Part shown: positions 1 through 9,061 of the stretch, piece after piece | Layout: every line of letters starts with the position of its first letter | Position numbering within the stretch: the first letter of the stretch is position 1 | Virus record (IMG/VR): IMGVR_UViG_3300029740_000003 | Coordinates: 1 to 18,144 of that record | Reading direction: 5' to 3' (one strand) | DNA length: 18,144 bases | From: a virus | Taxonomy: Duplodnaviria; Heunggongvirae; Uroviricota; Caudoviricetes | Made by a program: the position numbers and the translations under genes | The notes under the pieces: generated by a model | The model's database searches: none | What the model was told of the DNA's origin: nothing | The model's input: the letters and a program-made list of their open reading frames with translations, nothing else

Positions 1-67
1 GGTGCCCGCGACGACCTCCCTTACGAGAGTCGCGGGGGTCACGCCCACGTCCAAGCCGCGACGCTCG

Positions 68-175
68 TCATCGCGGTAGTTGACGCCCACGCATGGTCTT
101 CCAAGTACGACGGTAGGTGCCTTGGTAGGTGCGTTCGCCTTGGCTGTTCTTAGTCCAAAGTTCAAGGTTGAGCAT
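68..175 (-). CDS. Small hypothetical protein (35 aa, MLNLELWTKNSQGERTYQGTYRRTWKTMRGRQLPR), possibly the 5' part of a frameshifted gene
   Basis: Strong SD (AAAGGAG) just upstream of the ATG at 175 and an extended -10 (TGGTATACT) at 223-231. The longer 68..454 track ORF overlaps the TA promoter and is unlikely. A +1 frame stays open from about 90 to the window start. Confidence 0.45.
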   Translation of the reverse strand: MLNLELWTKNSQGERTYQGTYRRTWKTMRGRQLPR

Positions 176-222
176 TTTGGTTCTCCTTTTTGTTTGCAGT
201 CTTCGCTTGTGTGAACAATTCC

Positions 223-231
223 AGTATACCA
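223..231 (-). promoter_or_regulatory. Putative extended -10 promoter (TGnTATACT) for the leftward gene
   Basis: Minus strand reads TGTGGTATACTGGAATT about 50 nt upstream of the ATG at 175, divergent from the TA promoter. Confidence 0.5.
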
Positions 232-289
232 CATGCGAGAACAACCAAAAATAACGAATCGCACACAGCGCAAAACACTGCACATAAAA

Positions 290-323
290 ACATTGCATTC
301 CACTTACAAACAACATACAATGT
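290..323 (+). promoter_or_regulatory. Sigma70-type promoter of the TA operon with a possible autoregulatory operator
   Basis: TTGCAT (293-298), a 17-bp spacer, then TACAAT (316-321); SD AAGGAG before the ATG at 348. An imperfect inverted repeat ACATTGCAT (290-298) / ATACAATGT (315-323) overlaps both boxes. Confidence 0.7.
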
Positions 324-347
324 GAACATCTTTCCAAAAGGAGTAAA

Positions 348-626
348 ATGAGCGGAACAACAACAAACGTAAACATTCGCATGAACACCGAACTGAAAAA
401 ACAGGCGGAAACCCTTTTCGGGGAACTAGGAATGAACCTGACCACGGCATTCAATATCTTCGTCCGGCAATCCCTACGTCAAGGAGGAATCCCGTTCACA
501 GTCTCCTTAAACGAACCAAACAAAGAAACAATGGACGCCATGCTGGAGGCAAAACGGATTTCAAAAGATGAGAACGTGAAAGGCTACCGTGATTTGGAAG
601 CTCTGTTCAAGGATTTGAACGCATGA
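348..626 (+). CDS. dinJ: Type II antitoxin, RelB/DinJ family
   Basis: 92 aa with a ribbon-helix-helix N-terminus (NVNIRMNTELKKQAETLFGELGMNLTTAFNIFVRQSLRQGGIPF) and a PNKET motif typical of DinJ/RelB; ATGA overlap with the toxin gene. Confidence 0.93.
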   Translation: MSGTTTNVNIRMNTELKKQAETLFGELGMNLTTAFNIFVRQSLRQGGIPFTVSLNEPNKETMDAMLEAKRISKDENVKGYRDLEALFKDLNA

Positions 627-913
627 GCGAAACCAAATACAAAGTCAAGACCACTTCTAGATTCAAGAGGGATTTCAAGTTGGCGAAACGGAGAGGATTG
701 GATACCGGTCTTCTGGAGGAAACCATATCCGTCTTAGCGAACGGTGGAACACTGCCTGAACGGTATCACGACCATGCTCTTATAGGCAAACTGGACGGTT
801 TTAGAGAATGCCACGTCTTGCCGGATTTCCTACTTATCTATCTCATTGAGGATGACGTGCTTACACTCACTTTAACTAGGACTGGTACTCACAGCGACCT
901 CTTCGGTAAGTGA
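623..913 (+). CDS. yafQ: Type II toxin, YafQ family ribosome-dependent mRNA interferase (RelE superfamily)
   Basis: 96 aa with FKRDFK, DHALIG, RECHVLPDFLLIY and a C-terminal RTGTHSDLF, the YafQ signatures including the catalytic His residues; coupled to the antitoxin. Confidence 0.93.
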   Translation: MSETKYKVKTTSRFKRDFKLAKRRGLDTGLLEETISVLANGGTLPERYHDHALIGKLDGFRECHVLPDFLLIYLIEDDVLTLTLTRTGTHSDLFGK

Positions 914-957
914 CTTACAGTGTACTGAGATATTTCAAACCATCCCGCCGAATACGA

Positions 958-1003
958 GAAAAGGCTGGACAGGGAGCCGTAAGGTTCCCTATCCAGCCTT
1001 TTC
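958..1003. terminator. Bidirectional rho-independent terminator between yafQ and the convergent adhesin gene
   Basis: GAAAAGGCTGGACAGGGAGCC-GTAA-GGTTCCCTATCCAGCCTTTTC: a long stem with A/T runs on both sides, lying between convergent genes. Confidence 0.85.
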
Positions 1004-1018
1004 ACTTACCGCCGTAAC

Positions 1019-4000
1019 CTACTTCTTGTGGCGTGCGGTCACGGTCGTGTTTCCGCGACGGTGGGCGAGAATCAATCCCATTCCCATGAGTGTGAACAGG
1101 ATGACCGCCATGATGGGCGTGTTCACACCGGTTTGGGCGAGTTGGCGAATCGTCTTCACGATGGCCGGTGTCGCCGGTGGAATGTAGGAGTTGGTGAACT
1201 CGGGTCGGGTTCCGGTGGTCGTGACCATGCTGGGGGTTGCGGTCGGATTGTTCTCATCCTCACCAGCATTCTCGTCGGTCTTGTCGGCCTTATCGGTCGG
1301 CGTGACGGGCATGGTGCTGGAATCCTTAGCCGAATCGTTCGTCGGGTCGTATTGGACTTTGGCGGTCAGGTTGCCTTGCAGGTTGTCGCTTACGGTGACG
1401 GTCACGTGGTGTTCCGTCTTGTCGTAGGTGACGTTCTTCTCGCCGGTGTTCTTCTCGCGAATCACATACCGGTATTCGCCGCAATCATCCACTCCATCAT
1501 TGTCTCGACTGTAGGTGAGCGGCTTGAACTGGATGTTGCCCTGCTTGTCGTTCTTCTCACTGTCGATGACATTGCCCTTGTCGTCCACAAGTTCGAACTT
1601 GAATTCGGACGCTTGCAGTTCACGTCCGGTCAGATTCTTCTTGGCCGACAGTTCGACCAACACGTCTTCCGGCTGGTACGTGTTCTGGAAGAGGATGCTC
1701 TTTTCGCTGGCTTTGCCGTTGGAGTAGGCGACGCTGGCGGCGAGCTTGTGGCTCTTCGTGTCCTCGGTGACGGTGATGGTGACGGTGTGGCTGGTGGTGT
1801 CGTAGGCGACGCCGCCCAATGTTCCGTCCTGTTCGTCAACCGTGTACGTGTACACGCCGGTCTTGTCGAACGTGAGCTTGTCGAATTCGAGGGTCCCGTC
1901 GCCTTCGCGTGCAGTTACCTTGTCGGATTGCGCGTCGCGTGGAACGCGGGCGAACTGTTTGGCTTGGAGCAGGTTGCCGTTGGAATCCTTCAATTCGGCG
2001 GAGAATTCGTTGTCGTTCAGGTCACGTCCGGTCAGATGTTTGGCCGCTTCGAGTCGCACGCTGACCGGTGTCGGAGTATACGTGTTGTCAAATCGGATGT
2101 CATTGGTCTGACGGTCGGCGGTGGCAGCGAGCATGCCGTCTTGGTCGGTGACGGTGACGGTCACATCGTATTCCTGAGTGGAGTAGCCGATGGTCTTGTC
2201 CGTTCCGGCGAGTTCCTTCACGTGATACGTGTATACGCCGGGCATGGTGTAGACCATTTGACCGAATGTGAAACCGCTTCCCTTGTTGGACACGGTTTGC
2301 GTTCCGTTTTGGCTTCCGACTGGCATTGGCATGTCGTTCATGCTGATGGCGTTGCCGTCCGCGTCGCGTGCGGATACCGCGTTCAACTGGAACTTGAATT
2401 CACCGTCCTGCGGAACGCGGCTGGTTGCCGTATCCGTGTTGACGATGTTTTTCACGCCGCTGATAGAGTATCCGACGTTCTTCGGACTGTAATGGTTGGT
2501 GAACGTGATGTTCTTGCCGTTAGCGCCGGTGGTCGGGGTGACGGTCTTGGATACGACGGTCAGCTTGCCCGTATGGTCAACATCCTTGACCACGTAGGTG
2601 ATGGTCGCAACCGTCCCGTCCTTCGTGACGCCCGGAACGGTCGTATCCTGCTCCGACATGGTGAACACGTAGGTGCCTACGAGCGGGAACGACAGTTGGT
2701 CGAATCGGATGTTGCCCTGCCGGTCGTTCCGTTTCGTCTGGTCGGCGTTCGACACGTTGGCGGGCGCGGACTGTTGTTGGAGCGTGAATGCGAAGTCTTC
2801 GCCCTTGAGCGTGTACTTGTTGCCCTTGGGGGAGGTCATCTTCTTCACTGCGGTCGGATTGTCCGTGGCGGGTTGGGCATGGTACGTGTTGGTGAATTCC
2901 GGAATGTTGGTTCCGTTATCATACTTCACGTCGGCCAACAGTTGGCCTTCGCCATTGTCGGTGACGGTGACTTTCACATGATGTTTCGTAGCATCATAGG
3001 TGACGCCGCCCCTGTCGCCGTGGACTTCGCTGAGCGTGTAGTCGTACACTCCCGTCTTCTTGTAGGAGATGGTGTCGAACAGGATGTTGCCCTGCTGGTC
3101 GTTGGTTTTCACCGTTCCAGCCTGACCGCCTGTCTTGTCCTCGACGCATTTGAACTCGTATTGTCCGGCTTGCAGTTGGATGCCTGTATGGTCGGGGTCG
3201 TTGAGGGTCTTGTGCGCACGGAATTGTACGCTGACCGGCTTCGCCTGATACGTGTTCGTGAACGTGGTCGGATAGGCCGCGTTCGTTCTGGTTTGGGCTT
3301 TCAACTGTCCGGTCAAATCGTCGGTGACGGTGATTTGCCACATTCCCATGTGGGAATCGTAGTTGACGCCGCCCGCCGACTGGCGGACTTCACGCACCGT
3401 GTAGGTGAACGTGCGGGTTTTGGCACCGTTCAACTGTTGGGCGGTGAACGTCAACGGTTGGAAGCTGATGTTTCCGTTCTGGTCGGCGTTCACGGTTTGC
3501 AACGGCTTGCCTACCGCCTTCTCGTTGTCGAACAGTTGGAATTGGAAGTCTGTGAGTTTCGCATGGCTGGCGTTCTTGTTGTCGAACGTCTTGTGTGCGG
3601 TGAGGCTCACGGTCACGTCCTTCGGCTGATACGTGTTGTGGAAGACCGGGGTCTTGTTCGTATTGTCGTAGGAGGTGGAGGTTTTCAACTGTCCGTAACC
3701 GTTGTCGGTGACGTTGACGTGCATGGTGTGGACGGTTTGGTCGTAGGTGATGCCTTTGAGCTGTCCCGTCTTTTCCATGATACGGTAATCGTGTTCGCCT
3801 ACCGTATTGTAGGTGAGCTTGTCGAAGGTTACGGTTCCGTCCGCATTGTTGGTCTTGGATTGGATGGTCTTGCCATTCTTGTCCTGCAATTCGAATGTGA
3901 ACTCGTTTGCGTTCAACAGGCGGAGCGTGTGCTTCGGGTTGTCGATTACCTTGCTGGCTTTCGGCGTGACGGACACAGGCTGGCTGGAATACGAGTTGAC

Positions 4001-7000
4001 GAACTGGCCGTTGTCAATGGTCTTGCCATTCTTCATGGAGATGGCCGGATTGATGAGCGAGGCTTTCAACTGTCCACTGTTATCGTCGGTGACGGTCACA
4101 GTCCATATGGCGTAATGGTCGTCATATTTGACGCCCGCCGCACCCGTGTTGCGTTCACGAACCGAATAGGAGAAGGTGGCCTTGTCTTTGCCGTTCAGCT
4201 TCGCCTTGGTGAACAGGAGCGGAGAGAACTCCACTTTGCCGTCCGCGCTGGCGTTCACGGTTTGGATAGGAGTTCCGGTCGCCTTGTCGTTCGCATACAG
4301 GTCGAATTGGAAGTCGGTAATCTTGGTGGCCGACTGGTCTGCGTTCGTGAACAGTTTGCTTGCCACGATACGGGCTTGCGTATCCTTCGGAGCATACGTG
4401 TTCGTGAACTGGACGGTGTCGGATTGAATTCCATTATTGGACACGTTGGCCGTGACATGACGGTCGAACGTGTTCAAATCGTCGGTGACGGTGACGGTCA
4501 GTATCCAAACACGGTCATCATACGTGACTCCAGCATTGTCTCCCTTGCGTTCCTTCACCTCATACTGGTAAGTGCCTTCCTGAGTGAACGCGCCGGTGTT
4601 AATTCTGACTGTCTGGGTCTTGTTGTCGGTGAACGCGATGGAGGATGGCACCGCGCTCTTCGGAGCATTGTTCAACGGGGTGATGTCCGCGACATACTTG
4701 TCTTTTTCAGTCCAAGCGCCGTTCGGACGACCGTTCAACACTTTGACCGCTTTGACGACGACCGGAACCGTGGGCATGACCATGCCGTAAATGCCGTGGT
4801 CTTCGTTCAGGTCTTCGTAGATGGCGGCAGTCATCTTGTTCAATGCGGGGAAATCCTTTAATGGGATTACTCCGGCAATCATGTTGCCGTCCGCATCATC
4901 CTCCTCATCACTATCGGAATCGGTCGCCTCGCTGGCGTCCTTCGCGTTTTTGACGGTCGTATGATGCCCGTGCCATGTAATGCCGGTTTTCGGCGTGAAC
5001 CTGAGCTTGTAGCCGCTACCGGCTGGAATGGAACCTATCTCGTAGCGTCCGTTCTTGTCGGTCAGAGTGGCGCAGGGTTTGCCGTCCACACTGGTGACGG
5101 TCTTACCCTTCTTGTCCAAGAGGGTCACGGTCACGTCGGAGAGAAGACGGTCCGAATCCTGTCGGATGCCATCATGATTGACGTCGAACCATGCGACACC
5201 GTTGACCTTGCGCTCGACTATCTGGGTCAGGGCGTCAACCTTGTTGTCACCGTCAGCCCACCGGTTCATGTACACGTCGCCCGCACTATTATTGGTGGGT
5301 TTGATGCCCAGTGTGAAGTCGTAGCGGGCGTTGGCGGGAAGGCTGGGCGACGTGAACGCCCATGCCACCGGCTGGTCACAGCCGTCGGGGATGACGACCT
5401 TGCCGGTCGTCGCATCCACTTTCGCTTCCGTCCACTGTTCGACCTGTTCGCGGGTTATCTTCGTCGCATCCACGTTCCGCCACTTCGGGTCGGTGGTGAA
5501 GTAGACTTTGACGCCGCTCATGCTCGCGCCCGCACCGGCCTTGACCGACAGTCCTGTCAATGTGTATTCGCCGTGATAGTCGGACTGTCTCAACCCCTTG
5601 TAGGGCATGATGTCAACCGCATACGGGGCGGGTTTCGCGTCACGGCTGAAGTTGCCCAGCATATTCACGAATCCAAGATTCGACTGGGTCTCGTTCAACA
5701 GGGTCTTCGCACGGGTCGCAAGACTGGACGCGTGCGTACGCGACACGCGGATGGTGTAGGCGGCGGTCTGACCGTAGGCGGCGGACGGGGTGCCCATCCA
5801 CCGTTTCGACCTGATTTCCGTGTTCACCGTATACTGCTGGTTGTTCTTCGCGTCCGTCTCCGGGTCGGACGGCTCTCCGATGGTGGTGGAGAATCTGACG
5901 AGCGTGTCCGTCCCGTCCGCCTTCACTCCGTTGACCGTGTACTCCAATGTGGTTGTTCCGTCCTTGTTTGGGGTGACGGTCGGCGTGACGGGCGTGCCGC
6001 CGGTGACAACGCCCTGCGTTTGTCCTGAATCAGTGTCCTTGTATTCTCCGCCCACGGTCGATGAGCCGTCCGTGTAGGTCAGACCCTTGGGCAGTGTGAC
6101 CTTGATGTGGTAGTCGGTCAGATAGTCGCCGCCGGTGCTGCTGTCGCCGGTCTTGGCGGTCGCGTTTATCACCCAGTCGGCGTGACGCTGTTCCTTGTCC
6201 AAATCGTAGATGGTCTTCGACACGGTGTTGGCCGTGTCTTTCTGGCTGGTGTGGATGCCGATTGCCGGACGTTCGCCCACGACGTACAGGGTGTCGCCCT
6301 TGTTGTCTCCGCCGGTGTCGCCGCCCTGATATACGCCGTCGTCGCTGAACGTGGCCTTCAGATAGGTTTTGCCGTCGTAGTGGAGGCTGGGCTTGCCTAG
6401 TTGTTTGACGAGGCTCGTGTAGTCGTCGCCGGTGATGGAGCGCGCGTATGCCGTCCACGTGGTCAAATCGTCCTCAATGTCGAGGTTGGCTTTCTTGGCG
6501 AGGTCGTTGCGTGTCCAGTAGTCAACCTGTCCGGTGGTCTGCGCCGTCCTGCCTGCGGTCTTGTCGTTGACCTGCATGGGGAGCGTGGCGCCGACGCTGA
6601 TATGTGAATCGTATGACGTGTTGGCGGTATCCCATACGCGTGTGTCGATTATCTGCGCGGCGAGTACTTTGCCATGCTTGGCAGCCTGAGCGTATGTCGG
6701 ATACCAGTCGAAATCATCATAGTCGGCCTTGGCTTGCGCGGTGTCGGTGGAGAAGTTGACGCCGTTGGGCAATACGCCCCATATGACGGGTTCCATGCCG
6801 TCATTGGTGCGGGTGTCCGACCACCAGAAGCGCGCGCCCCACGTGTTGTAGCTGTCGTGGACGGTGTATGGTTGGTCGGGATTGTCGCTTGCGGACAACG
6901 GGGTGAGGATGTCGGGGTCCCATTTGACCAAGTGGACGCCGAGCACCCTGCCGTTGCCGGTCGAATTCAGTTTGTTTTCGGCTGCGGTGACGATGCCGAA

Positions 7001-8818
7001 CTTGGTGTTTTCCAACACTCGGTCGGAACCTTTGTATCTTTCCGCGTCCTGCCAGCGTCCGGTGGTCGCGTTGTCGCAACGTCCGACGGTGCGGGTGGAT
7101 GCGTTCGTGTAGTACATGCTCTGGATGAATACTCCGGGCAGTCTTACTGTCCAGTTGCCTGATGCCAAGTCGTCGTCGGCGACCGATTGGTTCGTGTTCG
7201 TATCGGACGTGTCGAGCGTCATGCCGGATACGCTGGTGGCCGACAGTGCGGTATCGGTGATGGTCACGTTGCCGGTCTGGTCTTTGCCATAATACTGGGC
7301 GGCGGTCTTGCCGTCCGTGGTGGCGGTGGGGAGGATGAACGTGAACTCGTCCACGTGCAGTGCGGCTACCTGCTGTTGGGTGAGGGAGCCGTCCATGTAT
7401 GCGGTGGAGCATTTGCCGAATGAGGTGTACTGTCCGGCGTTGGCGCACGGGTAGTTCAACGTGTCGTAGCCGGTGAAGCTTACGTTGACGGTGGTGCCTT
7501 TGTCGGTAATGGTGCCGTCGTCGTAGACGGTGGTTCCGTCGTTGACGGACTCCTTATTCACGGTGATGGAGCTGGGGAAACTACCATTGTGGTCGAACGA
7601 GTCGCACTTCCTGTTGTGAGTGCTCTTTCCGTTCCACTTATAAGTGGTGATTTGGTGGATTCTGTCCCAAAGTATCGGCTGCCATTGCTTTTCACCCGCA
7701 TGCTTCGCATGCTTGTCGTCGTCGTCCTGAAACACGCTGGACACGTTCAGCTTGTAGCCGATGCTTCCGGTGGGCACTTCGATGCCCTTCAACCCCTTCG
7801 ACCTGTCCTTCCAACGCATCGCGGTACGGACGAGCACATGCAGTTGGCGTCCCTGAATCTTGCCTTTGCCTTTGTTTGGCGCGGTAGCGTCACCCGTATT
7901 GAAATCGTAGGTGCCGCCGCCCGTAATTTGGTATTGCAGGCTTATGTTCAGGTTGAGTTTCGCGCTTACGGTCACGTCCTTTGGCGTGTCCGACATTGCC
8001 TTGTGTGTTCCGGTGTCGGTGGGATTGTTCTTGTTCCATGCTGTCCACGCCTGTACGGTCGGGCGGAATTTGTATCCGTGTGGCGCGGCTTTGACTTTGA
8101 CCGCGAGCTGGATGGCGCTGGTGCCGGGGTTGACGGTCGGACTGTTGGAAGTCGGCTCCAACAGGCGATAGCAGGTGTACACTTGCGTCTTCACACCGTT
8201 GATGGTTTCGGTCGTGAGTTTCGGCTGATAGCCGGGAGTCTGGTCTACCCAACCCATTTGGTCGGTGTCGAACGTGACCTTATCCGCCGGATAAGGCAGT
8301 TCGAAATGGAAGCCGACACGGGTACGCTTGTAATAGTCCATGGTCGAATCCGGGGTGACGGTGTAATCGTAGTCGTAGATTACATCATCGAACGAGCGGA
8401 CTATATCATTGCTCGCATCCTTATCGTCGCCACGCTCATTGTCATTGTCGAATGGTGCGGTTCCAGTGACTCGGTCGGTTAGTTTGAGTTTCGACACGTA
8501 TGCGGTGTCCGTGTCGAGCATGTCATGAATGGTAACGTCTTTAGCATCTTCCGGAGCGGATTGCGCTCGGATACTAGTGTCGGCGTGAACGTCCGACTGT
8601 GTTTGACTGTCAGCATTACTACTGCCGGTAATGTCTGACTGGGTGTTGCCACTATTAGTGTCGGCGTTCCCACTATTACTGGTGTCGGCTTGGACTTGCG
8701 TGGACGAATCCACCGTCAAATCGTCAGCCAAAGCGGTAGACGCGGACAATGCGCCACCACCGAACATTGTCGCCGTAGCCAAGATAAGCGCGGCAACCTT
8801 TCTCAGGCCGGGTTTCAT
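1019..8818 (-). CDS. Giant sortase-anchored surface adhesin: signal peptide, large N-terminal region, SdrD-B-like domain, nine FctA/Spy0128-like isopeptide domains, LAQTG anchor
   Basis: Signal peptide MKPGLRKVAALILATATMFGGGALSASTALA. The likely start is 8818, preceded by SD-like GAAGGGAAG; the track start 8851 adds 11 aa. SdrD-B-like motif GVAWFDVNHDGIRQ...VTVTLLD...TDKNGRY (about 5207-4790). Nine repeats of K...YxYxxxE...GxxYD...VTVTD...FxNxY (about 4765-1187). C-terminal LAQTG, hydrophobic helix and basic tail. Confidence 0.9.
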   Translation of the reverse strand: MKPGLRKVAALILATATMFGGGALSASTALADDLTVDSSTQVQADTSNSGNADTNSGNTQSDITGSSNADSQTQSDVHADTSIRAQSAPEDAKDVTIHDMLDTDTAYVSKLKLTDRVTGTAPFDNDNERGDDKDASNDIVRSFDDVIYDYDYTVTPDSTMDYYKRTRVGFHFELPYPADKVTFDTDQMGWVDQTPGYQPKLTTETINGVKTQVYTCYRLLEPTSNSPTVNPGTSAIQLAVKVKAAPHGYKFRPTVQAWTAWNKNNPTDTGTHKAMSDTPKDVTVSAKLNLNISLQYQITGGGTYDFNTGDATAPNKGKGKIQGRQLHVLVRTAMRWKDRSKGLKGIEVPTGSIGYKLNVSSVFQDDDDKHAKHAGEKQWQPILWDRIHQITTYKWNGKSTHNRKCDSFDHNGSFPSSITVNKESVNDGTTVYDDGTITDKGTTVNVSFTGYDTLNYPCANAGQYTSFGKCSTAYMDGSLTQQQVAALHVDEFTFILPTATTDGKTAAQYYGKDQTGNVTITDTALSATSVSGMTLDTSDTNTNQSVADDDLASGNWTVRLPGVFIQSMYYTNASTRTVGRCDNATTGRWQDAERYKGSDRVLENTKFGIVTAAENKLNSTGNGRVLGVHLVKWDPDILTPLSASDNPDQPYTVHDSYNTWGARFWWSDTRTNDGMEPVIWGVLPNGVNFSTDTAQAKADYDDFDWYPTYAQAAKHGKVLAAQIIDTRVWDTANTSYDSHISVGATLPMQVNDKTAGRTAQTTGQVDYWTRNDLAKKANLDIEDDLTTWTAYARSITGDDYTSLVKQLGKPSLHYDGKTYLKATFSDDGVYQGGDTGGDNKGDTLYVVGERPAIGIHTSQKDTANTVSKTIYDLDKEQRHADWVINATAKTGDSSTGGDYLTDYHIKVTLPKGLTYTDGSSTVGGEYKDTDSGQTQGVVTGGTPVTPTVTPNKDGTTTLEYTVNGVKADGTDTLVRFSTTIGEPSDPETDAKNNQQYTVNTEIRSKRWMGTPSAAYGQTAAYTIRVSRTHASSLATRAKTLLNETQSNLGFVNMLGNFSRDAKPAPYAVDIMPYKGLRQSDYHGEYTLTGLSVKAGAGASMSGVKVYFTTDPKWRNVDATKITREQVEQWTEAKVDATTGKVVIPDGCDQPVAWAFTSPSLPANARYDFTLGIKPTNNSAGDVYMNRWADGDNKVDALTQIVERKVNGVAWFDVNHDGIRQDSDRLLSDVTVTLLDKKGKTVTSVDGKPCATLTDKNGRYEIGSIPAGSGYKLRFTPKTGITWHGHHTTVKNAKDASEATDSDSDEEDDADGNMIAGVIPLKDFPALNKMTAAIYEDLNEDHGIYGMVMPTVPVVVKAVKVLNGRPNGAWTEKDKYVADITPLNNAPKSAVPSSIAFTDNKTQTVRINTGAFTQEGTYQYEVKERKGDNAGVTYDDRVWILTVTVTDDLNTFDRHVTANVSNNGIQSDTVQFTNTYAPKDTQARIVASKLFTNADQSATKITDFQFDLYANDKATGTPIQTVNASADGKVEFSPLLFTKAKLNGKDKATFSYSVRERNTGAAGVKYDDHYAIWTVTVTDDNSGQLKASLINPAISMKNGKTIDNGQFVNSYSSQPVSVTPKASKVIDNPKHTLRLLNANEFTFELQDKNGKTIQSKTNNADGTVTFDKLTYNTVGEHDYRIMEKTGQLKGITYDQTVHTMHVNVTDNGYGQLKTSTSYDNTNKTPVFHNTYQPKDVTVSLTAHKTFDNKNASHAKLTDFQFQLFDNEKAVGKPLQTVNADQNGNISFQPLTFTAQQLNGAKTRTFTYTVREVRQSAGGVNYDSHMGMWQITVTDDLTGQLKAQTRTNAAYPTTFTNTYQAKPVSVQFRAHKTLNDPDHTGIQLQAGQYEFKCVEDKTGGQAGTVKTNDQQGNILFDTISYKKTGVYDYTLSEVHGDRGGVTYDATKHHVKVTVTDNGEGQLLADVKYDNGTNIPEFTNTYHAQPATDNPTAVKKMTSPKGNKYTLKGEDFAFTLQQQSAPANVSNADQTKRNDRQGNIRFDQLSFPLVGTYVFTMSEQDTTVPGVTKDGTVATITYVVKDVDHTGKLTVVSKTVTPTTGANGKNITFTNHYSPKNVGYSISGVKNIVNTDTATSRVPQDGEFKFQLNAVSARDADGNAISMNDMPMPVGSQNGTQTVSNKGSGFTFGQMVYTMPGVYTYHVKELAGTDKTIGYSTQEYDVTVTVTDQDGMLAATADRQTNDIRFDNTYTPTPVSVRLEAAKHLTGRDLNDNEFSAELKDSNGNLLQAKQFARVPRDAQSDKVTAREGDGTLEFDKLTFDKTGVYTYTVDEQDGTLGGVAYDTTSHTVTITVTEDTKSHKLAASVAYSNGKASEKSILFQNTYQPEDVLVELSAKKNLTGRELQASEFKFELVDDKGNVIDSEKNDKQGNIQFKPLTYSRDNDGVDDCGEYRYVIREKNTGEKNVTYDKTEHHVTVTVSDNLQGNLTAKVQYDPTNDSAKDSSTMPVTPTDKADKTDENAGEDENNPTATPSMVTTTGTRPEFTNSYIPPATPAIVKTIRQLAQTGVNTPIMAVILFTLMGMGLILAHRRGNTTVTARHKK
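1187..4765 (-). repeat. Array of nine diverged FctA/Spy0128-type domain repeats (about 120-165 aa each)
   Basis: Successive repeat ends FTNTY, FVNSY, FHNTY, FTNTY, FTNTY, FTNHY, FDNTY, FQNTY, FTNSY; recurring DNA motif TCGGTGACGGTGA (VTVTD). Confidence 0.85.
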
Positions 8819-8852
8819 AACCTTGAGCTTCCCTTCTGGAGAGTGTGTCATG

Positions 8853-8899
8853 AAAACGGGAGAAGGGCTGAAAAGAAGCCCCCCCCCGCGCGTTTTTTT
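8853..8899 (-). promoter_or_regulatory. Hairpin containing a G9 homopolymer in the leader of the giant adhesin gene
   Basis: Minus strand AAAACG-CGC-GGGGGGGGGCT-TCTTTTC-AGCCCTTCTCC-CGTTTT; C9 at 8879-8887 on the plus strand. Confidence 0.45.
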
Positions 8900-8964
8900 G
8901 ATTGTTCAGTTATAAGTATGGAAAGCTGGTCTCAAGTACGGTTTGCAGGAGAGTTCCCAAGGCC

Positions 8965-9054
8965 AGCCTTCCGATTTTTGCCCGCTCCGACCATGCTTCT
9001 TCCAATCTTTGGCAACTGGTTGAAGCATGGTTTCATGTCGGGGAGGGCAAGGCT
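8965..9054 (-). other. Long imperfect stem-loop directly after the stop of the 1338-aa gene
   Basis: Perfect 10-bp inverted repeat ACCATGCTTC (8990-8999) / GAAGCATGGT (9022-9031), with outer pairs TTGCCC (8978-8983) / GGGCAA (9045-9050) and an alternative AGCCTT (8965-8970) / AAGGCT (9049-9054). Confidence 0.55.
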
Positions 9055-9061
9055 TTATCTG

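Noticed and set aside
210..328. TGTGAACA at 210 and 321 matching the iteron core, suggesting RepA control of the TA promoter
   Set aside because: The match is only 8 bp, lacks the ATTCAAAT half, and also occurs inside a coding region (1091), so it is compatible with chance.
176..454. Upstream extension of the 128-aa minus ORF
   Set aside because: It overlaps dinJ antisense and both promoters; the real SD lies before the ATG at 175.
1028..4861. 1277-aa plus-strand ORF antisense to the giant adhesin
   Set aside because: Shadow ORF: it mirrors the codons of a high-GC3 gene on the opposite strand, has a V/G/R/L-rich composition with no domain motifs, and has no SD or promoter.
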